Assembly: GCA_002269645.1 (NCBI GenBank) | Contig: NIVC01001564.1 | Location: 124,001-188,000, forward strand | Source of the DNA: Macrostomum lignano | Taxonomy: Eukaryota | Length of the DNA: 64,000 nucleotides | Direction of reading: 5' to 3' | Shown here: piece by piece, positions 42,901-56,612 of the stretch | Layout: each line of letters starts with the position of its first letter | How positions within the stretch are numbered: position 1 is the first letter of the stretch | The notes under the pieces: generated by a model | What the model saw: the letters and a program-made list of their open reading frames with translations, nothing else | Databases searched by the model: none | What the model was told of the DNA's origin: nothing | Program-made: the position numbers and the translations under genes

Positions 42901-43147
42901 AGGGGTAGAGATGAGATGAGAGAGAGGAGAGAGAAGAGAGTCACGATAATAGCGAATAAAAGAGAGAGGAGATATGAGAGACGTGAGAGTCTTTGAGCTA
43001 TGGTCTTTCAAAGATTTTGTAAAGAATTTGGAGACGATTTGGAAGATGGGATTCAAGTCATGGAGTTTCAGCTGATGGATTTCAGGGAATGGAATTCCGG
43101 TGATGGGAGTTCTTCCCCTTTCTCCTCCGGAGGAGGAGTTCCACTCG
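34000..43147 (+). mobile_element. Tandem array of four ~2.27-kb Helitron-like composite units
   Basis: Units start near 34000, 36288, 38555 and 40825. The 5' TCTACTAATACTAAAA..TGTTTGTCTGTCTG resembles non-autonomous Helitron heads. Each unit has (CTAACC)n, 30-bp repeats, a GA-rich block and a terminal CTCCTCCG(A/G)AGGAG palindrome. Confidence 0.65.
34921..34962. repeat. Interstitial telomeric block (CTAACC)7; further copies at 37188-37229, 39458-39499 and 41745-41797 (~9 units)
   Basis: Directly visible; it reads TTAGGG on the minus strand. Confidence 0.97.
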
Positions 43148-46100
43148 TCTACATATAAAAATCAAACTCTGTGTGTCTGTGTGTGTGTGTGTCTGTGTGT
43201 GGACAATTTTGATCGCTATGGACTCCCAAACCGCTCAACCAAATTACACCAAACTTTACACCCACCCTAAACTTACTACGGAGAATGTCTTAGGCTACCT
43301 TTTAATTTCCTAAATTTGAGTCTTCCTACCTAAAAGTGCAAAAAACTGCTCAAAATGCGCAATTTTTTTCACTAAATCTTCCATAGCGCCGCTTCACTTC
43401 TACCGATTTGCTTCAAATTTGACGCAGACAATTTTAAACTATTTTGGCACAATCATGTAAAATTTCGAGTCTGAAAGTTAATCCTGAACGGCGCTGTGCA
43501 CTTTTAAAGTTTGGCTGTTTTTTCAGCGAGGCAGCCACCCCAACCTCCGCCCGCCTGCCTCTCTTTCCCGATCTGGGCCCAGATGTGTAAAAGGGTTTCA
43601 GAATTGACTAACTTTCAGCTGCCATAAGTTTGCTCCAAGTAAAGCGATTGACTTCAAACTTGACACAATTCTTCATTGACTTATTCTCTGTCTAAATGTA
43701 AAGTTTCAACTCTCGAACTCAATCAGAACAGAAACTGTAAACATGTAAAGTTTGTCTGCTTTTTCTGTTGTTTGTGCCACTCACTCACTCATTCCCCCAG
43801 AGCCAGACGAAGGGTCAGGCGATAGGGCTCAATGTACATAGCGAGTGTACAGTGTTTTGGAATAACTTTTTAATAGCCCTCTCTGTACCCCCGGAGAGGC
43901 GTGGAGAGGAGAGACAGTTTAGCGAGAGATTCAAACCACTGTCCTCTGTATAGACAAGTCTGCAACAGTTTAACTGTGGATGGCAAATTAAGAGTCAAGA
44001 CAATGTGGGATGGTTTGTAAAAATAGCGAAAAACTAATGAATAACTGTTTACAATGCAATCCTACTAAATTAGTTAGTTACACCATGAAGCTTTTAACAT
44101 TAAGATTCGCATAAGGTAACTTTAAAATTTAAATGGCTTCTAAGAAATGCGTATTTCCTTGGTTGTTAGACTGCTGTAGAGTTCCAGCTGTGGTGGTGGA
44201 GCTGGAGATACACAAATTCCTCTCAGGGCTGCTAATTGGCCAGAAAGATGCCGTGATTAAAGCATGAGATGAGAAATGATAACAATGATAGTACTATGTC
44301 CCACAAACTGGCTTTCAAAGCAGGGATCGGCAGATTTTTACCTGAACGGCCAGATAAAGAATCCAACTCATGGCTGCGGGCTAGATGAGAGTGAAAAGGA
44401 AAAGGAATAGACTATTAGAAAGGGAGGAGGGGCGAGAGGGGGATAGAGAAAAGATAGAAGATATCAGGAGAGACGAGGGGGTGAGGAGAGAGCAGAGAAT
44501 ATGGGAGGAAGAAGCGAGAGAAGGGGAGAGAGGAGGGAGAGGAAAGAGTAGAGGTAAGAAGAGGGAGAGAGAAGAATGGAGAGAGGAGACATAATCGATG
44601 AGAGAGGAAAGTAGAGAAGAGTGAGAAGAGATGAGGAGAGATTAGAGAACAGAGAGGCAGATGAGAGAGGATCGAGAGGAGAGATTAGAAAGGATAGAGA
44701 AGAGAGGAGATAAGAGGGGGAGAGAGGGGAAGAGAGAGGAGTGAGAAGAGAGGAGATAAGAGATGAGAGAGTTGAGAAATAAGACAGGAGAAAGGAGAGA
44801 TGATAGAGTAAAAGGAAGAGGAGGAGAGAGGAAAGAGATTATATTGCAGAGATGAGGGAGATGAAAGGAAAGATGAGAGAGTAGAGATGGGAGATGAAGG
44901 AAGAGAGAGCAGAATACAAAGAGACAAGAGAAGAGAAAAGAGGGGAGAGAGTATACAAGAGGGAAGAGAAGAGAGGAGTAGGAAAGAGAGGAGTCAGAAG
45001 AGGAGAAAGAAAGAGTACACAGGAGATAGGAGAGTAGAGACGATAGAAGAGAGAGGGTAATGAGAGAGCAAAGATGAGTGTGAACAAAGGATATATGAGA
45101 GGAGAGAGGAGAATGGAGAGAGAAGAGAGAAGACAAGAGAGGGAGAGAGTATTGAAGAGGGAAGAGAAGAGGCGAGAAGAAAGAAGAAAGGAAAGAGAGT
45201 CCTGAGTCAAAAAATGGGAAAGAGAAGAATACAAGAGGAGAGAGGTGAGAGAACATATGAGAGTAAAAACGACAGATGACAGAAGGGAGATGAGATAGCG
45301 GAAACGAGAGTCAACAGACGAGAGATGGGAGAGTAGAGAGAAAAGAGGAGAGATAAGAAATAAGCGATGAGAGGTGGAGACAAGGGAGAGGAGAGATGAG
45401 AAGTTAGTGAGGAGAGAGGAGGGGAGGGGAGAGAATCTGAGTGAGGAGAGAGGATGGGAGGGGAGAGAATCTGAGTCAAAAGAGAGGATGGGAGGGGAGA
45501 GAATCTGAGTGAGGAGAGAGGATGGGAGGGGAGAGAATCTGAGTGAGGAGAGAGGATGGGAGGGGAGAGAATCTGAGTGGGGAGAGAGGATGGGAGGGGA
45601 GAGAATCGAGAGGCCAGGGGAAATTGGTGTAAAGGAGAAGATAGGAGAGGAAAGAGGGGAGAGATTAGAGAGAAGAGAGATGAGAGGAGAGAGAGAAAGG
45701 GGGAGAGGAGAGAGAGCAGATAGAAATGAGAAAAGAGAAGACAGAGAAGATAAAAGAAGAGAAATGAGAGATAAGAGAGGAAAGAAGAGAAAACTGAGAG
45801 GTGAGGGAAGAGACGATAGAAGAGATGAGAGGAGAGAGTGGAGAGAAGAGAGGAAAAAGGAGAGAGGAGAGATGAGGGAAGTGTTGAGAGAGAGTACAGT
45901 AAAGAGTGAGAAGAGGGGAGAGGGAACAGAGAGTAGAGAGCAGAGAGAAGAGAGAGCAGAGAAGAGAGAGTAGAGAGCAGAAAGAAATGAGAAGAGATAA
46001 AAGAGGAGAAAGGAGATTTTTGAGATCAAAGACCAGAAAGAAGAGAGGAGGAGAGAGAAAATAATAGAGGGGAGAGGGAAGAGACGAGAGAAGAGGGGAG

Positions 46101-49100
46101 AGAGGAGAGAGGAGAGGTGAGAGACGAGAGAGAAGATAGGAAACAGAAGAGAAGATAGAAGTTTCAAAGGATACAAGGGACATAGGGAGAAGAAGAGGTA
46201 GAGGCCAGAGTTTGCTTGACATTCTGGGCAGCACCCCAGCTAATAATTTCAATATTTGCCACAAATCCTAATTTTACATGAATGTACTCTATTTTATTTT
46301 TAGCTCTATCCTAAATTACTAACTATTAATAGTTTTTGTTTAAGTATGACTTCCAATTGTAGAATACACGCAAAAATAGTTCCGGGGATTGGAGTTCCCC
46401 GGGTTCAAAATCCGCGGGTTTCAACAGCTTGTCACATCTATAAGTTTAAAAATTTTCAAAACCACTTGACCTTTGTAATAATAACACTTCACTATTGGTG
46501 ATTTTGCCTGTCTCTTTGTCTTACCATACTATCAATTTGTATAAAAATAGGCAGGAAAAGCAGGAAAAGGCAGGAAAATAGGGTAGCACTTAGTGAGTGG
46601 GCTCAAAAGACGCGGGGCATTGGAGCGCTACAATGATCCGAAATGGATTCTTTGATTGCACTTTAACTTGCTAACTTAAACTACAAAAAATGTGTTTTTT
46701 TGAGGTTGAAAAATTGGCATTTTTTTAACTTTGCCTCACTGCAACGAAAAAGGACACACAATAGCGCAGCCTTTGAGCTGCTGCCTAATGTCAACAACAC
46801 CTGAGGCTGTTTGATGCACTAGTTTTTTGGGATAAAATGTACTTTTGACATGGCTGCCTATCTGCACTTCTGAATTTTTTGTGCACTTTTGAGGGGGCTA
46901 TTGCATCAAGATGAAAATTTTTTTTAGATTTTTTTCACCAAATCACTCAATTGGATGTCAACACGTTGTCTATTTGGAAACACCAAGATCTAGCCAATTG
47001 GGCCATTAATAACTTGCCCAGGTACCAAAAAGTGCCTAAAAACGTCAGTTTTAAAAAATTGCATCACATTTTTAAAAAGTACTCTCCAAAGTTAATAAAG
47101 TGTTTTACACTACGATTTTGAGACTTTAACACAAAGTGTCAAACCTATGGAAATTTGTTTTCCTAGATTTTCTAAGCATTTGGACCTACCTGTGCTTAGC
47201 AGTGACCTGGAAACCAGGGAAAAAAGAGGCTGGGGGCTTTGCTGAAAATTAGATGTTGTTAAGGTGAATGAAAATTTAAAAAAGGGCGAATTTTTTCGAG
47301 TGTAGTGTCAAATTGTAGCTCATCGAATGCCTGTTTGATTGATGTAAGACACTCTGGAAAAACCCTGTTAACAGATACTTTTTACCTATTAATTAAAAAT
47401 GGCTATTTTGGGGGTACAAACTTTGAAATAAAAAAATAAGAATTTTTGCACACTGATTTTTCTGCATTTTCAATATTGTTTAGCCAAATAGCTGAAGTTA
47501 CACCGGTCATACACTAATATGGATGGAAAATTTGTATTTTTGAGAAAATTGCCTTTGAATTTTGAGAAGGCCACTTTTAAGCAAATTTTGAGTATACTTT
47601 TGCTAATAACTCTGCATTGGCAAGGCCTAGAAACTCAAGTTTGGTGTCTAGAATTACTAGAAATAGCACTATGGATGCACTATGCAAATAAATTAGTTTT
47701 GAAAACTAATTTTTAGGTTAACAGGTCTTAATACCTGTTTGAATACCTGTAGGAACAGGTGAAAATGCATATTTTGGTGCCTAGCAGCCACAAAAATTGT
47801 TAATATAGTTTTAAAATGCATTAGATAGATGTACCTTGATGTTGTGATTGTAACAACAAGTGACTTGCATTTGTAGATAAAGGCGTTGCGATGCAGTGAG
47901 CAGAAATGCATGAAAAAGCAGCAAAAATTGTAGAAATGGCTCTTATTAGCAATAATCAATATAGTGTATGTACCGTGGGCCTCTTTCATAAGCAAATCAT
48001 AACTTAGTGGCTATGTCAACTGCCTTGAAATTGTGTTTAGCAAGGTGTGTTTAGCATTTGGAAGATGGGATTCAAGTCATGGAGTTTCAGCTGATGGATT
48101 TCAGGGAATGGAATTCCGGTGATGGGAGTTCTTCCCCTTTCTCCTCCGGAGGAGGAGTTCCACTCGTCTACATATAAAAATCAAACTCTGTGTGTCTGTG
48201 TGTGTGTGTGTCTGTGTGTGGACAATTTTGATCGCTATGGACTCCCAAACCGCTCAACCAAATTACACCAAACTTTACACCCACCCTAAACTTACTACGG
48301 AGAATGTCTTAGGCTACCTTTTAATTTCCTAAATTTGAGTCTTCCTACCTAAAAGTGCAAAAAACTGCTCAAAATGCGCAATTTTTTTCACTAAATCTTC
48401 CATAGCGCCGCTTCACTTCTACCGATTTGCTTCAAATTTGACGCAGACAATTTTAAACTATTTTGGCACAATCATGTAAAATTTCGAGTCTGAAAGTTAA
48501 TCCTGAACGGCGCTGTGCACTTTTAAAGTTTGGCTGTTTTTTCAGCGAGGCAGCCACCCCAACCTCCGCCCGCCTGCCTCTCTTTCCCGATCTGGGCCCA
48601 GATGTGTAAAAGGGTTTCAGAATTGACTAACTTTCAGCTGCCATAAGTTTGCTCCAAGTAAAGCGATTGACTTCAAACTTGACACAATTCTTCATTGACT
48701 TATTCTCTGTCTAAATGTAAAGTTTCAACTCTCGAACTCAATCAGAACAGAAACTGTAAACATGTAAAGTTTGTCTGCTTTTTCTGTTGTTTGTGCCACT
48801 CACTCACTCATTCCCCAGAGCCAGACGAAGGGTCAGGCGATAGGGCTCAATGTACATAGCGAGTGTACAGTGTTTTGGAATAACTTTTTAATAGCCCTCT
48901 CTGTACCCCCGGAGAGGCGTGGAGAGGAGAGACAGTTTAGCGAGAGATTCAAACCACTGTCCTCTGTATAGACAAGTCTGCAACAGTTTAACTGTGGATG
49001 GCAAATTAAGAGTCAAGACAATGTGGGATGGTTTGTAAAAATAGCGAAAAACTAATGAATAACTGTTTACAATGCAATCCTACTAAATTAGTTAGTTACA

Positions 49101-52100
49101 CCATGAAGCTTTTAACATTAAGATTCGCATAAGGTAACTTTAAAATTTAAATGGCTTCTAAGAAATGCGTATTTCCTTGGTTGTTAGACTGCTGTAGAGT
49201 TCCAGCTGTGGTGGTGGAGCTGGAGATACACAAATTCCTCTCAGGGCTGCTAATTGGCCAGAAAGATGCCGTGATTAAAGCATGAGATGAGAAATGATAA
49301 CAATGATAGTACTATGTCCCACAAACTGGCTTTCAAAGCAGGGATCGGCAGATTTTTACCTGAACGGCCAGATAAAGAATCCAACTCATGGCTGCGGGCT
49401 AGATGAGAGTGAAAAGGAAAAGGAATAGACTATTAGAAAGGGAGGAGGGGCGAGAGGGGGATAGAGAAAAGATAGAAGATATCAGGAGAGACGAGGGGGT
49501 GAGGAGAGAGCAGAGAATATGGGAGGAAGAAGCGAGAGAAGGGGAGAGAGGAGGGAGAGGAAAGAGTAGAGGTAAGAAGAGGGAGAGAGAAGAATGGAGA
49601 GAGGAGACATAATCGATGAGAGAGGAAAGTAGAGAAGAGTGAGAAGAGATGAGGAGAGATTAGAGAACAGAGAGGCAGATGAGAGAGGATCGAGAGGAGA
49701 GATTAGAAAGGATAGAGAAGAGAGGAGATAAGAGGGGGAGAGAGGGGAAGAGAGAGGAGTGAGAAGAGAGGAGATAAGAGATGAGAGAGTTGAGAAATAA
49801 GACAGGAGAAAGGAGAGATGATAGAGTAAAAGGAAGAGGAGGAGAGAGGAAAGAGATTATATTGCAGAGATGAGGGAGATGAAAGGAAAAATGAGAGAGT
49901 AGCGATGGGAGATGAAGGAAGAGAGAGCAGAATACAGAGAGACAAGAGAAGAGAAAAGAGGGGAGAGAGTATACAAGAGGGAAGAGAAGAGAGGAGTAGG
50001 AAAGAGAGGAGTCAGAAGAGGAGAAAGAAAGAGTACACAGGAGATAGGAGAGTAGAGACGATAGAAGAGAGAGGGGAATGAGAGAGCAAAGATGAGTGTG
50101 AACAAAGGATATATGAGAGGAGAGAGGAGAATGGAGAGAGAAGAGAGAAGACAAGAGAGGGAGAGAGTATTGAAGAGGGAAGAGAAGAGGCGAGAAGAAA
50201 GAAGAAAGGAAAGAGAGTCCTGAGTCAAAAAATGGGAAAGAGAAGAATACAAGAGGAGAGAGGTGAGAGAACATATGAGAGTAAAAACGACAGATGACAG
50301 AAGGGAGATGAGATAGCGGAAACGAGAGTCAACAGACGAGAGATGGGAGAGTAGAGAGAAAAGAGGAGAGATAAGAAATAAGCGATGAGAGGTGGAGACA
50401 AGGGAGAGGAGAGATGAGAAGTTAGTGAGGAGAGAGGAGGGGAGGGGAGAGAATCTGAGTGAGGAGAGAGGATGGGAGGGGAGAGAATCTGAGTGAGGAG
50501 AGAGGATGGGAGGGGAGAGAATCTGAGTGAGGAGAGAGGATGGGAGGGGAGAGAATCTGAGTGAGGAGAGAGGATGGGAGGGGAGAGAATCTGAGTGGGG
50601 AGAGAGGATGGGAGGGGAGAGAATCGAGAGGCCAGGGGAAATTGGTGTAAAGGAGAAGATAGGAGAGGAAAGAGGGGAGAGATTAGAGAGAAGAGAGATG
50701 AGAGGAGAGAGAGAAAGGGGGAGAGGAGAGAGAGCAGATAGAAATGAGAAAAGAGAAGACAGAGAAGATAAAAGAAGAGAAATGAGAGATAAGAGAGGAA
50801 AGAAGAGAAAACTGAGAGGTGAGGGAAGAGACGATAGAAGAGATGAGAGGAGAGAGTGGAGAGAAGAGAGGAAAAAGGAGAGAGGAGAGATGAGGGAAGT
50901 GTTGAGAGAGAGTACAGTAAAGAGTGAGAAGAGGGGAGAGGGAACAGAGAGTAGAGAGCAGAGAGAAGAGAGAGCAGAGAAGAGAGAGTAGAGAGCAGAA
51001 AGAAATGAGAAGAGATAAAAGAGGAGAAAGGAGATTTTTGAGATCAAAGACCAGAAAGAAGAGAGGAGGAGAGAGAAAATAATAGAGGGGAGAGGGAAGA
51101 GACGAGAGAAGAGGGGAGAGAGGAGAGAGGAGAGGTGAGAGACGAGAGAGAAGATAGGAAACAGAAGAGAAGATAGAAGTTTCAAAGGATACAAGGGACA
51201 TAGGGAGAAGCAGAGGTAGAGGCCAGAGTTTGCTTGACATTCTGGGCAGCACCCCAGCTAATAATTTCAATATTTGCCACAAATCCTAATTTTACATGAA
51301 TGTACTCTATTTTATTTTTAGCTCTATCCTAAATTACTAACTATTAATAGTTTTTGTTTAAGTATGACTTCCAATTGTAGAATACACGCAAAAATAGTTC
51401 CGGGGATTGGAGTTCCCCGGGTTCAAAATCCGCGGGTTTCAACAGCTTGTCACATCTATAAGTTTAAAAATTTTCAAAACCACTTGACCTTTGTAATAAT
51501 AACACTTCACTATTGGTGATTTTGCCTGTCTCTTTGTCTTACCATACTATCAATTTGTATAAAAATAGGCAGGAAAAGCAGGAAAAGGCAGGAAAATAGG
51601 GTAGCACTTAGTGAGTGGGCTCAAAAGACGCGGGGCATTGGAGCGCTACAATGATCCGAAATGGATTCTTTGATTGCACTTTAACTTGCTAACTTAAACT
51701 ACAAAAAATGTGTTTTTTTGAGGTTGAAAAATTGGCATTTTTTTAACTTTGCCTCACTGCAACGAAAAAGGACACACAATAGCGCAGCCTTTGAGCTGCT
51801 GCCTAATGTCAACAACACCTGAGGCTGTTTGATGCACTAGTTTTTTGGGATAAAATGTACTTTTGACATGGCTGCCTATCTGCACTTCTGAATTTTTTGT
51901 GCACTTTTGAGGGGGCTATTGCATCAAGATGAAAATTTTTTTTAGATTTTTTTCACCAAATCACTCAATTGGATGTCAACACGTTGTCTATTTGGAAACA
52001 CCAAGATCTAGCCAATTGGGCCATTAATAACTTGCCCAGGTACCAAAAAGTGCCTAAAAACGTCAGTTTTAAAAAATTGCATCACATTTTTAAAAAGTAC

Positions 52101-53063
52101 TCTCCAAAGTTAATAAAGTGTTTTACACTACGATTTTGAGACTTTAACACAAAGTGTCAAACCTATGGAAATTTGTTTTCCTAGATTTTCTAAGCATTTG
52201 GACCTACCTGTGCTTAGCAGTGACCTGGAAACCAGGGAAAAAAGAGGCTGGGGGCTTTGCTGAAAATTAGATGTTGTTAAGGTGAATGAAAATTTAAAAA
52301 AGGGCGAATTTTTTCGAGTGTAGTGTCAAATTGTAGCTCATCGAATGCCTGTTTGATTGATGTAAGACACTCTGGAAAAACCCTGTTAACAGATACTTTT
52401 TACCTATTAATTAAAAATGGCTATTTTGGGGGTACAAACTTTGAAATAAAAAAATAAGAATTTTGCACACTGATTTTTCTGCATTTTCAATATTGTTTAG
52501 CCAAATAGCTGAAGTTACACCGGTCATACACTAATATGGATGGAAAATTTGTATTTTTGAGAAAATTGCCTTTGAATTTTGAGAAGGCCACTTTTAAGCA
52601 AATTTTGAGTATACTTTTGCTAATAACTCTGCATTGGCAAGGCCTAGAAACTCAAGTTTGGTGTCTAGAATTACTAGAAATAGCACTATGGATGCACTAT
52701 GCAAATAAATTAGTTTTGAAAACTAATTTTTAGGTTAACAGGTCTTAATACCTGTTTGAATACCTGTAGGAACAGGTGAAAATGCATATTTTGGTGCCTA
52801 GCAGCCACAAAAATTGTTAATATAGTTTTAAAATGCATTAGATAGATGTACCTTGATGTTGTGATTGTAACAACAAGTGACTTGCATTTGTAGATAAAGG
52901 CGTTGCGATGCAGTGAGCAGAAATGCATGAAAAAGCAGCAAAAATTGTAGAAATGGCTCTTATTAGCAATAATCAATATAGTGTATGTACCGTGGGCCTC
53001 TTTCATAAGCAAATCATAACTTAGTGGCTATGTCAACTGCCTTGAAATTGTGTTTAGCAAGGT
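43037..53063. repeat. Near-perfect tandem duplication of 5019 bp (43037-48055 and 48056-53063) containing a second Helitron-like head (43148, 48167) and a GA-rich block
   Basis: The ORF track is duplicated at an offset of ~5018. The head TCTACATATAAAAATC..TGTGTGTCTG..CTCCCAAACCGCTCAACCAAATT resembles non-autonomous Helitron 5' ends. Confidence 0.93.
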
Positions 53064-53184
53064 TCAAATCCAAAATAGTCTGTTTTTTTATTTTATGTTT
53101 TTAGTGAACATAAATTTTTTGCACTTTTAACTTTAAAGTTTTATTTTAAGTGTTATATAAAGTTATAATTTTATATAAAGTTAG

Positions 53185-53790
53185 TCTACTAGACTTACTA
53201 ATGCCAGGGGTATAGGGGGCAGCAAGACTGCCACTAGCCTTATGGAAGCCAAGGGTGTGGGGGGCAGCAATCCTCCCACTATAGCCTCACTAATGCTAGG
53301 GGTATAGGGGGCAGTGAGCCCCTTATTAGCCTTACTAATGCCAGGGGTGTGGGGGTGGTGAGCCTCCACTATAGCCTTACTAATGCCAGGGGTATGAGGA
53401 TGGCAAGCCCCCTACTAGCCTTAGTAATGGCAGGGGTGTGGGGGGGGCAGCAAGCCCCCCGCTAGCCCTTCAAAAGCCAGAGGTGTAGGGGTGGCAAGCC
53501 CCTCCACTAGCCTTATGGAAGCCAGGGGTATGGGAGGTGGTGAGCCTCCCACTATAGCTTTATTAATGCCAGGGGTGTGGGGGACAGCAATCCCCCCCCA
53601 CTATGGTCTCACTAATGCCCCAAGGGTATGGGGATGGGGGGCGGCAAGCCCCCCACTATAGCCTTACTAATGCCAGGAATAAAGGGGATGGTGAGCCCCC
53701 TACTAGCCTTACCAACACCAGGGGTGTGGGGGGTGATGAGCCTCCCACTAGCCTTACAAAAGCCAAGGGTGTGAAATCAGCTAGCCCCCC
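53185..53790. repeat. ~45-bp GC-rich hairpin minisatellite (AGCCTTACTAATGCCAGGGGTRTGGGGGGCAGCAAGCCCCCC)
   Basis: About 13 diverged units, each with a G-run/C-run stem. Confidence 0.85.
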
Positions 53791-55126
53791 CCTCCCCCTA
53801 CTTGTGGCCTTTTTTACCCAACTGCAAAGTCAAACAGGTGAGCATATAATAACTGAATATAGCTTTGTAGTTTGTTTTTAATTTAGGCCATAAAAGATAA
53901 AACATAATATAACCATTGTATTACCTTTGAAGACAATAGCGTCTTCATTCACTAGTTTTTTATCTTGGCTTACTAACTGGACTTAAGTTAAGAGTCAGAA
54001 GACAGAAGTTTATGCAGTATATACTATTGAGAAGTGAAAGTAGTAAGAGAATACAAAGTAGATCCTAAATCGATACATGTAAGAATAACCAAAGGCCGTG
54101 ACCCCTCTGATCTTGGTAATGCCTAGGATTAGAAGTATATCCCATACATCTACCAGTAAACCAATATACTACTCAGGCCAGAATAATAGTAGAACACTAT
54201 TATAATAGTAGAACGCAACTTATATACTAAGAATAATACTCAGACAACTACTCAAACTCTAAACAAAGTTTTAACAAAGTTAAATAAAGTTAAAAAGTTT
54301 GTTATGTCATATTTAGTTGAACTAGACATTGTATTAGTGTGTCACCCAGAAAAGTATATAGTAGTCTAACATTATAGTAATATGCCACCAAAAGTATGTT
54401 GCTTTTCTATGTAGGTAGATATCAAATAGGGCCCTAGATGTTCTCTCAGAATCCTAGTCCTTTCAACTCAGTCCCTTTTAAAAAACAGAGAGCGATTGCT
54501 GGTTTTTGCCATAGATATAGCTTAAAGGCCATAGACATAGCCTTTAGCTATCTCAAACTAGTAACTATAGTCAGTGGGTTTATTTTTTGTATGCCAAGTG
54601 TGCATATGCACCCTAAATTTTAAAATCACACTTTGAAATTGAAAAGTGAGTGCAGTTTAGGTGCCGTCTTATAACTTATTTTTCTATTAAAGCCATATTC
54701 ATATTGCCTTAAAATAAGAATAAGAGAAATTGCACTTTGAGCCTTAAAATTGCATTATAAAAGAGAGCATAAGGTGTGATTTTGCACTTTGTCTCTAGCA
54801 AAAAAGAAAACACTGACTATAGTATAGAAATAAAATTAACATTTGTTTGCCATGTAATTGCCACATCTTATATTTGCATGAGTTCAAATATTTACTCAAG
54901 GTAACTAACAAAGTTGCTATTTTTCTAAAAATAATTAAGGGCAAGGCTAAGAGTCCAAAACTAGAGGATTGCCCAATTATGAATATAATCATTTTAACCA
55001 CACATGTGCAACCCCCCTGATTTACACTGGCCATGCGACTTATTTTTTGACCAAAAATGCAACTTACCCGTGAAAGAAACCCTAATGCAATTTTGGGTAA
55101 ACTGCAGGAGTTACTATGATTATATA

Positions 55127-55414
55127 CATGCGCAACAGTCGGCCAAGTTGGCCCTTGGCCGATCTGGCTGACCAATTTGGCAGCCAACCATGGAAGTTGC
55201 AAAAATGCCCACCTGAAAAACACCAAGTAGTAGCACTAAGTAGCTGACGAGGCATTTTGGTTTATAAGACAGTTATAGTTACTCCTGCCGTTTACCCAAA
55301 GTTGCGTTAATTTCGTTTTACATGTATTGTAAGTCGCATTCTTGGCCAACAAATACATTGCATTTTTGTGAAACCTAAGTTGCACGGCCAACCGAATTTT
55401 GGAGGTTGCGCATG
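55127..55414. mobile_element. TA-flanked MITE, inverted homolog of 30747-31035; a partial copy is adjacent at ~54995-55120
   Basis: TIR CATGCGCAAC and TA flanks. Confidence 0.8.
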
Positions 55415-55473
55415 TATGTATGATTATCTTATAAGGGCTAAATGCCTCGTCATCTAATTAGTACTATGTCTGT

Positions 55474-56612
55474 TAGTGTTCCGCCGTCGCGAGTTTTGAC
55501 CTCCGTAACCGTAACCGTAGCCGTAAGAAAGAAGCAACTTCCGTAGCCGAATTTTGCCGTCATTACGGGCTAAAAAAGTCCGTAACCGTAATTTGCCGTA
55601 ACCGTAGCCGTAATGTATAACAAAAATTGATATTTTTGCATGAAAAGTAGGGCAGACAGAAAAGGACAGATAAAAAGGATAAAAGGATAGCAATAAAACC
55701 TATTTGTTGTTCGTTCATGCATTAATATTCATTTATTTTTTCGTAAATATAATATCTTTATCGAAGTATTCTATAGCATTGTTGTATGCAATTGTGTGCT
55801 TGGTGCCTTTTTCAGTTTTCTGTGTCGTGATTCTGTTTTGTTTCGCTACAATATGAATATATGACTGACGTGCCAAGGTCAATGTGTATGTTTAATATCA
55901 TTAAATAAATATATGAATTTGTTCAAATAAAACTGCTTCAAAATTTCCGATGACTAAGAAATTGCATGTTACATTTTTTCATTTTCATTTTATTGCATTG
56001 TCTATTATATTGTCTTCTTTGGTTTCAATCAATTTTCAATCATAATTCATATTCTTATCCTATTAGTATTTATTTAGTATTTCCTTATTAATATTCTTTC
56101 ATCCTTATCCTCATAATCAAAATCTAATATCCTATTTTTATGCTAAGGAGCTAAATGCTACATATGGCTAAGAAATAAGAATGCCAGATTCTTAGTCTCT
56201 TGTAGGCTTTGACTGGCTCTCTCTGTCTCGCTGTTATCATGCTATCACTATGCTATGCTATGCCGTATGCCTAATGAGAAAATTCGTGAAAAAAATCGTT
56301 TTTCATTTTCAAGAAGTTTCGTAGATATTTAGAAACTTAACAAATGTAAAAAATAATAATAACTAGTAAAACAAAATGAAAACTGGTTGAAGTTGATATA
56401 AAAAAAATCTTTTATAACACTAAACAGTTAAAAATAAATAATTTTTGTTACGGCTACCAATTATGGCAAGTCTAGAAAAATCTCCGTAATCCGTAACCGT
56501 AACCATAAGCTCAAAATATGTCCGTAACCATAATCCGTAATGAAAATTTGGCTTCAAAAGTGTCGTAGCCGTAATTTGCCGTAGCCGTAGCCATAATTAC
56601 GGTGGAACACTA
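55474..56612. mobile_element. Non-autonomous hAT-like element (1139 bp)
   Basis: TIR TAGTGTTCC(G/A)CCGT, a perfect 8-bp TSD ATGTCTGT, and subterminal CCGTAA/CCGTAG repeats at both ends. Confidence 0.88.

Noticed and set aside
53923-54010. Possible small exon (...TTCAAAG|GTAATA, minus strand) as a distant RPS19 leader
   Set aside because: Only a donor-like motif supports it, with no homology or promoter evidence.
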